Positions 8,608-17,959 of a stretch of DNA of 64,000 nucleotides are shown piece by piece (positions within the stretch are counted from its first letter, which is position 1; each line of letters opens with the position of its first letter). This DNA comes from Eubacteriales bacterium. Lineage in GTDB: Bacteria; Bacillota; Clostridia; Oscillospirales; CAG-272. The notes below the pieces were generated by a model that saw only the letters and a list, made by a program, of their open reading frames with translations, was not told where the DNA came from and ran no database searches. A program made the position numbers and the translations under genes. Location of the stretch: assembly GCA_045128735.1 (NCBI GenBank), contig JBGVRT010000017.1:7998-71997 (forward strand), written 5' to 3'.

Positions 8608-9768
8608 TTACTTAATGACTCTTACTCTGTAAATGTCCGCAACAGCCTCAAGCTTTGCAACCGCCTCGGCAGTTACGTCACCTGTGATGTCAAGGAGTGT
8701 ATAAGCGTTATCACCCTTGGACTTGTTGGTAAGGTTCTCGATGTTTGCGCCAACCTCGGAGAGAACGGCGGTAATCTGAGAAAGGATATTGGGAACGTTA
8801 GCGTGGAGCACGCAAACGCGAACACCCGTGCTCATGGGCATTTCAACGTTGGGGAAGTTTACGCTGTTCTTGATGTTACCGTATCTGAGGTAGTTATCAA
8901 GCTCAAGTGCCGCCATAACCGCACAGTTGTCCTCGGACTCCTCTGTGGAAGCGCCAAGGTGAGGAATTGCCACAACGCCCTTAACGCCGAGGATATCCTC
9001 TGTGGGGAAGTCGGTAACGTAAGATGAAACCTTGCCGCTCTCAAGAGCCGTCTTAAGGTCAGCCGCGTTAACGAGGTCAGCACGCGAAAGGTTGATGATC
9101 TTTACGCCGTCCTTCATCATTGCGATGGACTCTGCGTTTATCATATTCTTTGTTGTGGGAGTTGCGGGAACGTGAAGTGTGATGTAATCAGCAGTCTTAT
9201 AGATATCCTCATACGTAGCCGCCTGAGTTACGTGGTGGTTAAGGTGCCAAGCACCGTCAACGCTGATGTAGGGGTCGCATCCGACAACCTGCATCTTAAG
9301 GTGAGTTGCGATACCCGCAACCATACCGCCGATTGCGCCAAGACCGATAACACCGAGAGTCTTGCCTGCTATTTCACAGCCTGCGAACTGAGACTTTCCT
9401 GCCTCAACAGCCTTTGCAACGCCCTCTGTGCCCTGAAGCGACTCAGCCCACTTAACACCGCCTACGATGTTACGCGAAGCGAGAAGAAGCGCACAAATTG
9501 CGAGTTCCTTAACGCCGTTAGCGTTCGCACCGGGAGTATTGAAAACTACGATACCCTCCTTAGCGCATCTGTCTACGGGAATATTGTTTACGCCTGCACC
9601 TGCACGGGCAATAGCCTTAAGCTCCTTGCCAAACTCCATATCGTGCATAGCCGCCGAGCGCACCATTATTGCGTCGGGATTCTGTACGTCTGCGCCTACG
9701 GTATAAAGGCTCTTATCAAGCTTATCCGTGCCCACAGCCGCGATTTTATTGAGAAGTTGAATATTCAT
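8608..9768 (-). CDS. serA: D-3-phosphoglycerate dehydrogenase with C-terminal ACT domain
   Basis: 386 aa with NAD-binding GLGAIGG and 2-hydroxyacid dehydrogenase patterns. It is adjacent to serC. Confidence 0.85.
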   Translation of the reverse strand: MNIQLLNKIAAVGTDKLDKSLYTVGADVQNPDAIMVRSAAMHDMEFGKELKAIARAGAGVNNIPVDRCAKEGIVVFNTPGANANGVKELAICALLLASRNIVGGVKWAESLQGTEGVAKAVEAGKSQFAGCEIAGKTLGVIGLGAIGGMVAGIATHLKMQVVGCDPYISVDGAWHLNHHVTQAATYEDIYKTADYITLHVPATPTTKNMINAESIAMMKDGVKIINLSRADLVNAADLKTALESGKVSSYVTDFPTEDILGVKGVVAIPHLGASTEESEDNCAVMAALELDNYLRYGNIKNSVNFPNVEMPMSTGVRVCVLHANVPNILSQITAVLSEVGANIENLTNKSKGDNAYTLLDITGDVTAEAVAKLEAVADIYRVRVIK

Positions 9769-9784
9769 AATATGCCTCTTTCAA

Positions 9785-10873
9785 TTATTTCTTGGGATTG
9801 TTCTTTGCGAACTCCTTCATAAATTCAACGAGCTTCTCTACGCCCGCATAAGGCATAGCGTTGTAAATCGAAGCTCTCATACCGCCAACAGAGCGGTGAC
9901 CCTTAAGGTTCTTAAGTCCTGCCTTAGCCGCCTCGCTTGCAAACTTCTTGTCAAGGTCAGCGTCACCTGTTACGAAGGTAACGTTCATCATAGAACGGCT
10001 ATTCTTCTTAACGGGAGCGATATAGTAGTCCTGACTGTCAAGATAATCGTAAAGGAGGTTTGCCTTCTTCTCGTTCATCTCCTTCATCTTTTCAAGACCG
10101 CCGATAGACTCGATCCACTCGTAAACAAGACCTGCAACGTAAATAGCGTAGCAAGGAGGAGTGTTGTACATAGAGCCGTTATCAGCCATAAGCTGCCAGT
10201 TAAGCATATCGGGAGTGTAATCAAGCACGTCGCCGAGAAGATCCTCGCGAACGATAACGAGAGTTACGCCTGCGGGAGCCATATTCTTCTGCGCACCTGC
10301 GTAGATAACGCCGAACTTGGAAACGTCAACAGGCTCGGAGATAATGCAGGACGACATATCGGCAACAAGCGGGATATCGCCTGTGTCGGGAATATAGTCA
10401 AACTTTGTACCGTAGATTGTGTTGTTGAAGCACATATGTACGTAGGAAGCATCGGGACGGATCATATCCTTTGTAACAACGGGAACGTGATCGAAGTTAT
10501 CTTCCTTTGTGGTAGCAACGCAAACAACGTCGCCGTACTTCTGAGCTTCCTTGAAAGCCTTACCCGAGAACTGACCCGAAACGATGTAGTCAGCCTTACC
10601 CGTTTTCTTGATAAGGTTCATGGGAACGCACGCAAACTGTGTGGATGCGCCGCCCTGCATAAAGAGAACCTTGTAGTTGTCGGGAATCTGCATAAGCTTT
10701 CTGAGGTCAGCCTCTGCCTTTTCTATAATTGCTTCATAATCCGGAGATCGGTGGGACATCTCCATTACTGACATTCCGGATTCTCCGTAGCAAACCAGTT
10801 CGGATGCTGCTTTTTCGAGTACCGGTAAAGGAAGCATGGACGGGCCTGCCGAAAAGTTAAAAACTCTGTTCAT
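9785..10873 (-). CDS. serC: 3-phosphoserine aminotransferase
   Basis: Start at MNRVFNFSAGPSMLP with GGAGG SD at 10873. The track ORF is extended upstream across the promoter. Confidence 0.9.
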   Translation of the reverse strand: MNRVFNFSAGPSMLPLPVLEKAASELVCYGESGMSVMEMSHRSPDYEAIIEKAEADLRKLMQIPDNYKVLFMQGGASTQFACVPMNLIKKTGKADYIVSGQFSGKAFKEAQKYGDVVCVATTKEDNFDHVPVVTKDMIRPDASYVHMCFNNTIYGTKFDYIPDTGDIPLVADMSSCIISEPVDVSKFGVIYAGAQKNMAPAGVTLVIVREDLLGDVLDYTPDMLNWQLMADNGSMYNTPPCYAIYVAGLVYEWIESIGGLEKMKEMNEKKANLLYDYLDSQDYYIAPVKKNSRSMMNVTFVTGDADLDKKFASEAAKAGLKNLKGHRSVGGMRASIYNAMPYAGVEKLVEFMKEFAKNNPKK

Positions 10874-10921
10874 AATAATGAACCTCCTGAAAAATGAATC
10901 ATCGCAAAAAACGATTATCTT

Positions 10922-10950
10922 ATTATATAACAAAATAAAAAAATCGTCAA
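10922..10950 (-). promoter_or_regulatory. sigma-A type promoter of serC-serA
   Basis: Minus strand TTGACG, 17 nt spacer, TATAAT. Confidence 0.7.
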
Positions 10951-11044
10951 GGGATTTGACAAAAAAATAACGCTTGTCGAAAGACAATCGGCGAAAGCGC
11001 TATTTTTTTCATTATTCTGCTGGATTTTTTGTATATTTTGACAA

Positions 11045-11668
11045 TTATTCTTTGATAAGAATAAACTCCTTTGCATAAGGAAGCGACTCAATCCAATCGC
11101 AATAGGTATGCCACTCGGCAAGCTTGTGGCTCTTGCGGGCGTAGTACATATTTATGAGGTTCTCGTAGTTCATAGTAACCGTGCGCATCTGGTTGTAGCT
11201 TGAGGGAAGAAGCTGAATCATGTTGTGCCAGCTCTGTCTGTCAGTCTTATCGGCGTTGAACTTCTCGCGCTCGGCTTCAAGATATTCGATTATTCCGTCA
11301 AGCAGCTTGAGTCCGCCCTCGTCGAGTCTGTCACAACTGAAGTCGGCGCGTTCAAAGGGCTTGGAGTGTATTTTATGCATTGTCGAAGTGGAGTTTGCGA
11401 CCGTTCCAACCTTGTAGGTATCAAATTCCTTCCACCAATAAAGAGGCGCGGTGATATCCACGCTCACGAATATCTGTCTGATAAACTTGCGGTGGTCGCC
11501 GCCCGCGCGGCAAAGACGTCCGCCAAACTCAAGGTCAGCCTCTCCGTAGACGAAATTACCCTCGTCATCGTAATAGCTGTCGCTCTTAGCCCAGCTATTC
11601 ATTGGGTTTCTTGCGCCTCTGATGGCATTATCAAGGTTCATTACCGACGTTCTTTCTATTTTTATCAT
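11045..11668 (-). CDS. ThyX (flavin-dependent thymidylate synthase)-like protein lacking the RHR signature
   Basis: By-eye alignment to ThyX: H..F....F.V.I.AP.......F, then DTYKVGTVANSTSTMH where ThyX has RHR...S....S.RY. The C-terminal LLPSSY...N..NL.....R....AEW matches the ThyX LP....T...N.R.L pattern. Confidence 0.5.
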   Translation of the reverse strand: MIKIERTSVMNLDNAIRGARNPMNSWAKSDSYYDDEGNFVYGEADLEFGGRLCRAGGDHRKFIRQIFVSVDITAPLYWWKEFDTYKVGTVANSTSTMHKIHSKPFERADFSCDRLDEGGLKLLDGIIEYLEAEREKFNADKTDRQSWHNMIQLLPSSYNQMRTVTMNYENLINMYYARKSHKLAEWHTYCDWIESLPYAKEFILIKE

Positions 11669-11753
11669 ACCAAGACCTCCGCTCTGTTTTTCTTAATTGT
11701 ACCACAACTCAAAAAAATTTTCAATATGTTTTGGAAATTTTGCGGATATGTGA

Positions 11754-11782
11754 TTGACTTATTTTTACTAAAATGGTATAAT
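11754..11782 (+). promoter_or_regulatory. sigma-A type promoter of the deacetylase gene
   Basis: TTGACT, 17 nt spacer, TGgTATAAT. Confidence 0.7.
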
Positions 11783-11814
11783 AGGAAACACAATCCGCGA
11801 AAGGAAACATTCTT

Positions 11815-12627
11815 ATGAGAAAAATTTTCAGATACATAGCGTTTTTACTTGTTTTCGCTACGCTTTTTTCCTTTGCTTCATGCGGCAAAGATATTCCCGT
11901 AATGGGAGACACCGAGCCAACAAGCACGGACACAGAACCGACAGAAACAGAGCCTGCCGAAACTGAGCCTCCCACACCCAAAAAGCGCGTTGCGCTGACC
12001 TTTGACGATGGTCCCGCATTCGACAATGACGATTTTCAGAGACTTACATATAAGCTTGTGGACAAGCTTGCAGAGTATGGCGGAGCGGCAACCTTTTTTC
12101 TTGTGGGCGACAGAATAAACCGCACCACGGGTAACTCGATAACCTACGCCTCCGAGCACGGGTGCGAAATAGGTATTCACGCCTATACCCACAACTATAA
12201 TTTCTCGTCATGCGACTATTCTGTCTTTACCGACGAACTTAAGACCACTAAGGCGGCGATAGAAAAATACTCCGGCAAAGAAGTTACTCTTTTCAGACCG
12301 CCCTACGGTGCAATTACCGACTCACGCGCAACAGATTCGGGCTATCCGATAATACTTTGGAATCTTGACAGCGAGGATTGGCGTTACAAGTCGCGCGCCG
12401 ACGATGCCACAGCAAACGAAAACGTGCGGATAATTGCCGACAAGATACTTTCGCAGGTTGAGGACGGCGACGTCATACTTATGCACGAAATTTACCGCAA
12501 CTCCTACGAAGCGGCGTGTATCGTCATTGATACCCTATCGGCAGAGGGCTACGAATTTGTGACCGTGACCGAGCTTTTCGGAAAGGATAACCTCAAGGTT
12601 GGGGAGATTTATTATAGCGCAAATTAA
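11815..12627 (+). CDS. lipoprotein polysaccharide deacetylase (NodB homology domain)
   Basis: Lipobox FASCG, a TEP-rich linker, then VALTFDDGP, HAYTH and LMHE motifs. Confidence 0.85.
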   Translation: MRKIFRYIAFLLVFATLFSFASCGKDIPVMGDTEPTSTDTEPTETEPAETEPPTPKKRVALTFDDGPAFDNDDFQRLTYKLVDKLAEYGGAATFFLVGDRINRTTGNSITYASEHGCEIGIHAYTHNYNFSSCDYSVFTDELKTTKAAIEKYSGKEVTLFRPPYGAITDSRATDSGYPIILWNLDSEDWRYKSRADDATANENVRIIADKILSQVEDGDVILMHEIYRNSYEAACIVIDTLSAEGYEFVTVTELFGKDNLKVGEIYYSAN

Positions 12628-12657
12628 CAAAAGGGCTGACAATTCAGCCCTTTTCAT

Positions 12658-13743
12658 TTATTCAAGCTCGTTTGTATGATTCCATGTTTTGAAAAGCTCG
12701 CGCCAAACGTCGGTGTGGGCTTCGCAATCAAGGTAGTGCGCAAACATCTGATAGTCGCTTGACGTTGACTCAACCGTGAATCCCGCATGCTTTTTATAGT
12801 TCGACTCAACGGTAGCCACGAACTCGCGCCAACCGTCTATCCAAGTGCCGTCGCGGAGAGATTCACTTCTCGCCCAGAAGTCTCCCATCATCTGAGCCTT
12901 TTCTTCGGCATTGGCAAGGCGGATTCCCTCGTCCATTGCCTTTACGGGAACAAGCTCAATATCAATTCCCTCTCGCGTAATATCAAGCTCTGTAATAAGT
13001 CCCTCACACCAAAAATCCTTATCGATATACTTAACGAAATGGAAGTTACCCTGACCGTACAAAATATGCGCGCCCTCGAACTTCTCATAAACTCCGATAA
13101 TGTGGCTGTGCTGGCAAAGCACGACGTCCGCGCCGCATCTTACCATCTCGTGGCAGGCCTTGTAGAGTCTCGGAGAGGGATATCTGCAATACTCCTTGCC
13201 TCCGTGATAGATAACTATAACGTAGTCTGCGCTCGCCTTTGCCTTTCTGATGTCGTCCATAGTCTCGAACTCATCAAAGGGGCGCGCACCCTCGCGTATA
13301 TCGGTGGCGTAGGTGTACTCGTGCTCGCAAACGTTGACGATAGTAACCGTTATACCGTCAATAACTATGGTGTGATTCTTGCGCGAATCCTCATAGTTCT
13401 TGCCGATTCCCGTATATTTAAGACCCACGCGGTCAAGCTGTTCGAGGGTATCCTTGAGGCCCTCTCTGCCGAAATCGTATATGTGGTTGTTGCTGAGTGC
13501 GCAATCGGTAACGCCTGCCGCCTTGAGGGTGTCGGCTGAACGCTTGGGACCCTTAAGGTTAGGTCCTTTTTTGGGAATTTTATTTTCACTTTCGGTAAGC
13601 GCACATTCAAGATTTACAATAACGCGGTCGCCCTTGGCAAACTCGTCAAGCACATCGTTAAAGGCGGTCTTTGTGTCCACCTCGTCAAAGCACTTGTAGG
13701 AGCCGCCTGTTATAGACATATCTCCGCAAATAACAAGCTTCAT
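12658..13743 (-). CDS. CapA/PGA_cap family metallophosphatase-like protein
   Basis: 361 aa with MKLVICGD, NNH, HGG and QHSH motifs typical of CapA-family proteins. Confidence 0.75.
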   Translation of the reverse strand: MKLVICGDMSITGGSYKCFDEVDTKTAFNDVLDEFAKGDRVIVNLECALTESENKIPKKGPNLKGPKRSADTLKAAGVTDCALSNNHIYDFGREGLKDTLEQLDRVGLKYTGIGKNYEDSRKNHTIVIDGITVTIVNVCEHEYTYATDIREGARPFDEFETMDDIRKAKASADYVIVIYHGGKEYCRYPSPRLYKACHEMVRCGADVVLCQHSHIIGVYEKFEGAHILYGQGNFHFVKYIDKDFWCEGLITELDITREGIDIELVPVKAMDEGIRLANAEEKAQMMGDFWARSESLRDGTWIDGWREFVATVESNYKKHAGFTVESTSSDYQMFAHYLDCEAHTDVWRELFKTWNHTNELE

Positions 13744-13774
13744 AATATACCTCCGTAATTATATTGACAAGGAC

Positions 13775-13803
13775 ATTTTAACACAATTACATAGTGTTGT
13801 CAA
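13775..13803 (-). promoter_or_regulatory. sigma-A type promoter of the capA-like gene
   Basis: Minus strand TTGACA, 17 nt spacer, TGtTAAAAT. Confidence 0.7.
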
Positions 13804-13812
13804 TAGAAATGC

Positions 13813-13840
13813 TCAAAAAAGCCCCGCCGAAGCGGGGCTG
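13813..13840 (-). terminator. intrinsic terminator after the DHHW/AlgJ-like gene
   Basis: Minus strand agccccgcttcggcggggct followed by TTTTTT. Confidence 0.85.
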
Positions 13841-13938
13841 AAAGCTAGATTAAATCAATATACGTCTACGCCATCGACAGCCGCATTGAGCTTGTGTGCC
13901 CCCATTGTTCTGCTGTCACACCAATGATGAAGCGCACC

Positions 13939-15150
13939 TCAATTTTTCATAAACTCGGAGCTATCGTTTACAACCATTGAGCTTGCAAGGAAAAGCACGT
14001 CCTTTCCCTCAAATCCGCCCACAACTGCGGGGCTATTGATAAGTCCTGCCATAGTTACGCGGATATCCACCACGTACACCGTGCTGTAGCCCTCAACCAT
14101 AAGGGGTGCAAAGCTTGAGCCGAAGGAGTCGCGGAAGATAACAAGGGTTTTGCCGTTATCCTGCGAGGGATTGTCTATTCTCATAGGACCCTTTTTCGCT
14201 CCCGAAAGGAAGAAATCGTAGGGGTCAAGACCCTCTGCCTTTGCCTTATCGTAGATATCAACGTAACCGCCGACCTCGTAGTCGTAAAGCTTACAGTTAT
14301 CAAGCACGTCACTTGTGAGGTACTTGATAATCTCACTGTCAACCCCGAGACCAAGCTGTCCCGCATAGACTCCGTAGAAAGGAACATCAAGCTCGTTGGT
14401 CTTGAAATCCCACGAATACTCGTCGCCCACACCAAGCGCGTCGGCAAGCTTCTTTGCCACGTCAACTATCTGCTCCTGTCTCCAATGCGTGTCGGTCTTA
14501 TAGTAGTCCTCTATGGAGAGCTCGCCGAAAATATCAACGTAATCAAAGTCGGGGCAAGCCGCTGTGAGCATTGCTATAAGCTCCTCGTAGTCATATGCGA
14601 GGTATCCGTTTTCCTCGGCGATAAAGTAGTTTTTATCGGGGATAACCGAAAGGATGACCTTATTCGCCTTATCTTTAAGGTACTTATTATAGATATTATT
14701 CCAAATATCCGCCGCGTTCTCTACCGAGGGGTTATTTATGGAAGGCTGCATCTCGCTGATATAGCCGTCGGCAATATACTTATCGTTATTATCCTTTTTG
14801 CCGAATATCTTAAGCTCGACGAACGCCTTTATCTCGCGCATTTTATCGCGGAGCGGGAACTGGTCGAGGCTGTAATCCTCGAAGCTTGAGATATAATTCT
14901 TTATACTCGAATTGAGTATGCCGAAATTAAAATCTGTCTTAAGCTCAAAGCCGCTTATGGGGCTGAACTCTGTCTGACCGCTTTGGGTGGTCACGTAGTC
15001 GCCCCAAACGAACTCGGGAAACTGCTCAAGCGGTCTGCGCTCGCTTTCGGACGTTTCTATGGGTGCGTGGAGTATGCACGCAAGGGCAACGCCGAGAATA
15101 AAAATGACAAACACCGCGGAGGTCACAATATTTTTTACGTTTGTTTTCAT
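13939..15150 (-). CDS. AlgJ/AlgX/DHHW-like SGNH-fold O-acyltransferase partner protein
   Basis: N-terminal TM anchor, a KTDTHW motif, and a position directly downstream of the MBOAT gene. Confidence 0.7.
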   Translation of the reverse strand: MKTNVKNIVTSAVFVIFILGVALACILHAPIETSESERRPLEQFPEFVWGDYVTTQSGQTEFSPISGFELKTDFNFGILNSSIKNYISSFEDYSLDQFPLRDKMREIKAFVELKIFGKKDNNDKYIADGYISEMQPSINNPSVENAADIWNNIYNKYLKDKANKVILSVIPDKNYFIAEENGYLAYDYEELIAMLTAACPDFDYVDIFGELSIEDYYKTDTHWRQEQIVDVAKKLADALGVGDEYSWDFKTNELDVPFYGVYAGQLGLGVDSEIIKYLTSDVLDNCKLYDYEVGGYVDIYDKAKAEGLDPYDFFLSGAKKGPMRIDNPSQDNGKTLVIFRDSFGSSFAPLMVEGYSTVYVVDIRVTMAGLINSPAVVGGFEGKDVLFLASSMVVNDSSEFMKN

Positions 15151-15162
15151 ATCAATACCTCC

Positions 15163-16575
15163 TTAGAATCTGAAGTAGAGGAAGAAGCTTGCCGAGCTAT
15201 CCACGAGGTAAGCCGTAACCACGGTAAGGAGAACCACCATAACCACGGGCTCAAGGATATTGACAATCTTACCGAATCTCTTGCTGTCGCGGAGCTTTAT
15301 CGCAACGCTTTTGACAAGAGGTGTAGAGCCTATAGCGGCAACTATTATCATAGGCGCAAAGCTTCTGATATAATACCAAGTTGTCTCGTTGACGAAGGGT
15401 ATATCAAGTGCGCCGAACATACCGCCAAGGTCTTGAAGCGAGCCCGCAACGCCGTTACCGTTGAAGATTACGAAGCTGATTATCATCACGAAGAAAACGT
15501 ATATATGCGAGACGAACTTAGGCATTTTTTCAAGCCATTTAGCAAGGAAAAGCTTTTCAAGAAGCAGGAAAAGAGCAAAGTACAGACCCCAAATGATGAA
15601 CGTCCAGTCCGCGCCGTGCCAGAAGCCCGTAAGGAACCACACCACAAGGACGTTGAAGAACCATCTGAGCTTTTTGACTCGGTTTCCGCCAAGCGGAATA
15701 TAAACGTAGTCTCTGAACCACGTACCAAGCGACATATGCCATCTGCGCCAGAACTCGGAAACGCTCTTTGAAATAAAGGGATAGTTGAAGTTCTCAAGGA
15801 ATCGGAAGCCGAATATTCTTCCAAGACCTATCGCCATATCCGAGTAACCCGAGAAATCGTAGTATATCTGCAAGCAATACGCTATGGCGTAGAGCCAATA
15901 AAAGAGCACCGATTTTTCGCCGCTTTCGCGGAATATCTGTCCCGCACCGCAAAGGTAGCCAAGCGAGTCGGCGATAAGCACCTTTTTCGCAAGTCCCACC
16001 GCAAAGCGGAACGCGCCCGACGAAAACTGCTCAATACTGTGCTTTCTTGTGCTCAGGTCCTCCTCAACCGTGGTATATCTTACGATAGGTCCCGCGATAA
16101 GCTGAGGGAACAGCGCAACGTAAGTAGCAAGGTGAATAAAATTCTTCTGCACCTTTGCATCCTCTCGGTATACGTCTATAGTATAGCTGATGGTCTGGAA
16201 GGTATAGAAGCTGATACCGATAGGAAGAGCTATCTTAAGCAGTCCTATTTCGGTTCCCGCCACGCCGTTTACTATTCCGATAAAGAAATCAGTATATTTG
16301 AAGAACAGAAGCGCCGAAAGTCCTATGACAACCGAAGATATCATAAATACCTTACACCATTTCGTGCCTCTGAACTTATCTATCAAAAGTCCGTGGATAT
16401 ACGCCGACAGCGAGGACGTTATCATAAGAAGTACGTATATCGGTTCTCCGTAAAAATAGAAAAACAGGCTTGCCGCAAGCAGTACAAAGTTCTTGAACTT
16501 AAAGGGTACTGCAAAGTAGATTATAAGTACAGCGGCAAAGAAATAATACAAAAAGCTGACACTTGAGAAAAGCAT
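15163..16575 (-). CDS. MBOAT-family membrane O-acyltransferase (AlgI/DltB/PatA-like)
   Basis: Start at MLFSSVSFLYYF with GGAGG SD. It is polytopic with the conserved FWRRWHMSL and F..GFWHG motifs. Confidence 0.9.
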   Translation of the reverse strand: MLFSSVSFLYYFFAAVLIIYFAVPFKFKNFVLLAASLFFYFYGEPIYVLLMITSSLSAYIHGLLIDKFRGTKWCKVFMISSVVIGLSALLFFKYTDFFIGIVNGVAGTEIGLLKIALPIGISFYTFQTISYTIDVYREDAKVQKNFIHLATYVALFPQLIAGPIVRYTTVEEDLSTRKHSIEQFSSGAFRFAVGLAKKVLIADSLGYLCGAGQIFRESGEKSVLFYWLYAIAYCLQIYYDFSGYSDMAIGLGRIFGFRFLENFNYPFISKSVSEFWRRWHMSLGTWFRDYVYIPLGGNRVKKLRWFFNVLVVWFLTGFWHGADWTFIIWGLYFALFLLLEKLFLAKWLEKMPKFVSHIYVFFVMIISFVIFNGNGVAGSLQDLGGMFGALDIPFVNETTWYYIRSFAPMIIVAAIGSTPLVKSVAIKLRDSKRFGKIVNILEPVVMVVLLTVVTAYLVDSSASFFLYFRF

Positions 16576-16602
16576 TTTTACCTCCGTAAAGATTATTTTC
16601 AA

Positions 16603-16644
16603 GTAAAAACGACGCGGATACCGACAACTCGGAGTCCGCATCGT
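16603..16644 (-). terminator. hairpin + U-run between the anti-sigma gene and the MBOAT gene (terminator/attenuator)
   Basis: Minus strand acgatgcgga-N16-tccgcgtcgt followed by TTTTT. Only ~27 nt remain before the MBOAT start, and I see no promoter there. Confidence 0.6.
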
Positions 16645-16662
16645 TTGGCTAAAGGCGGTGAA

Positions 16663-17271
16663 TTACTCCGCCAAAACAAGATTTGCTTTGTATTCCTCGG
16701 CGGTGCGCTCAAGTATAAGCGACATTTCGCCCGAACGGTTCTTTATAGTCATCACGCTATCCCCTGCCGTCTCTCCTTCGGGCATTGCCCAAAGCAGGGT
16801 CACGTTACCTTCCATTCTCGCTTTATTACCGATGTCTTCGTAGCTACCGTACGCGTTTTTCATATAAACGCTTCCGTACTCGGTCTTGATTTCTGTCTTT
16901 CCATCAAATTCAAAGGTGAATTCTGCTCCCAAGCGTCCGTCGGGCAACTTAGAATACTCGTAGTAATCATAGTCGAATTCGGCTATGCTGAGCACTCTGC
17001 TTTCCAAAGACGCAGGAGTGATGGTCTCACCTGTCTGCGCGTAAGCAACAGATATATTTCCGTCCTCAAGCATATTAAACGGCAAAACGCTGAGGCAGCA
17101 AACCAAAAGCACGCACGCAAGAGCGCCCGAAAGCACGGGTCTCATACGCAGGTACAGCGGTTTTCTTGCACTGCGCTCGGTCTCGGCGGCGATTCTGTAC
17201 GCCAGCCTGTCCTTAAAGCCGTCCGATGGCTTGATTTTTTTATATTCGTTTACAAGCTCTCTGTCAAGCAT
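16663..17271 (-). CDS. putative single-pass anti-sigma factor
   Basis: 202 aa with one TM (LSGALACVLLVCCLSVL) after a short cytoplasmic N-terminus. The call is positional: it sits immediately downstream of the ECF sigma gene. Confidence 0.5.
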   Translation of the reverse strand: MLDRELVNEYKKIKPSDGFKDRLAYRIAAETERSARKPLYLRMRPVLSGALACVLLVCCLSVLPFNMLEDGNISVAYAQTGETITPASLESRVLSIAEFDYDYYEYSKLPDGRLGAEFTFEFDGKTEIKTEYGSVYMKNAYGSYEDIGNKARMEGNVTLLWAMPEGETAGDSVMTIKNRSGEMSLILERTAEEYKANLVLAE

Positions 17272-17334
17272 AGCACCTTCTCCTTTCTGAAGACTCTCGG
17301 TTTTGACACGTTATACAACAAATAGCTTTCCCAC

Positions 17335-17844
17335 CTATGAAATCGGGTCAAGCTTTTCCTTTAAGAGCTCCCTGCCCCTCGCAAGCCGCATTTTTACGGC
17401 TGACTGAGAAAGCCCCAAGCCCTTTGCCACGTCGGCAACGCTCAGCTCCTCAAGGTAATGAAGCACGAAAACGCTTCTGTATTTTTCGGGCAGAGCGAAG
17501 ATTGAATTAAGAACTTCGCCGTCCGAGCCCTCTACCCCATAATCCTCAAGCTCGTTTATCTCGTCAAGCGCCACCGAGCTTCTCACGGTGCGCTTTCGCA
17601 TAACGTCCTTACAATGGTTGGACGTAACACGCAAGAACCAAGCCTTTTCGTGTTCTTTGTCGTTAAAGACCTTGGGGTCGGTAAAATACTTTAAGAAAAC
17701 GTCTTGTACCGCATCTTCCGCGTCCTCCCTGCTTCTTAGCATTGAATAACAAACGCGGAACAGCATTTCCCCATACCTATTATATAAAGTTTCAAAATCC
17801 GTCGGCTCGCCTTTCGGCTTTCCGAGAAATGGCAGATCGTGCAT
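17335..17844 (-). CDS. ECF-type RNA polymerase sigma-70 family factor
   Basis: Region 2 (EDAEDAVQDVFLKYF) and region 4 HTH (LSVADVAKGLGLSQSAVKMRLARGR). Confidence 0.9.
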   Translation of the reverse strand: MHDLPFLGKPKGEPTDFETLYNRYGEMLFRVCYSMLRSREDAEDAVQDVFLKYFTDPKVFNDKEHEKAWFLRVTSNHCKDVMRKRTVRSSVALDEINELEDYGVEGSDGEVLNSIFALPEKYRSVFVLHYLEELSVADVAKGLGLSQSAVKMRLARGRELLKEKLDPIS

Positions 17845-17959
17845 TTGTCCGTTCCTTTCCGAAGCATTTTTTGAAGGTGCTTCGATGAGGAAGAATCACA
17901 CATCTTACACCCTTAACACGCACCAAGTCATCAAAAGGTCACAAAATTTGAAAAATTTT

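Noticed and set aside
9785-10987. N-terminally extended versions of several track ORFs (serC; also 4263-4805, 7732-8589, 15163-16641, 28306-28593, 29829, 30755, 40966, 48792, 54156-57137, 57410, 59752)
   Set aside because: The extensions cross identifiable promoters or terminators or lack an SD. Internal starts coincide with strong SD sites and with canonical family N-termini or signal peptides, so I report the shorter coordinates.
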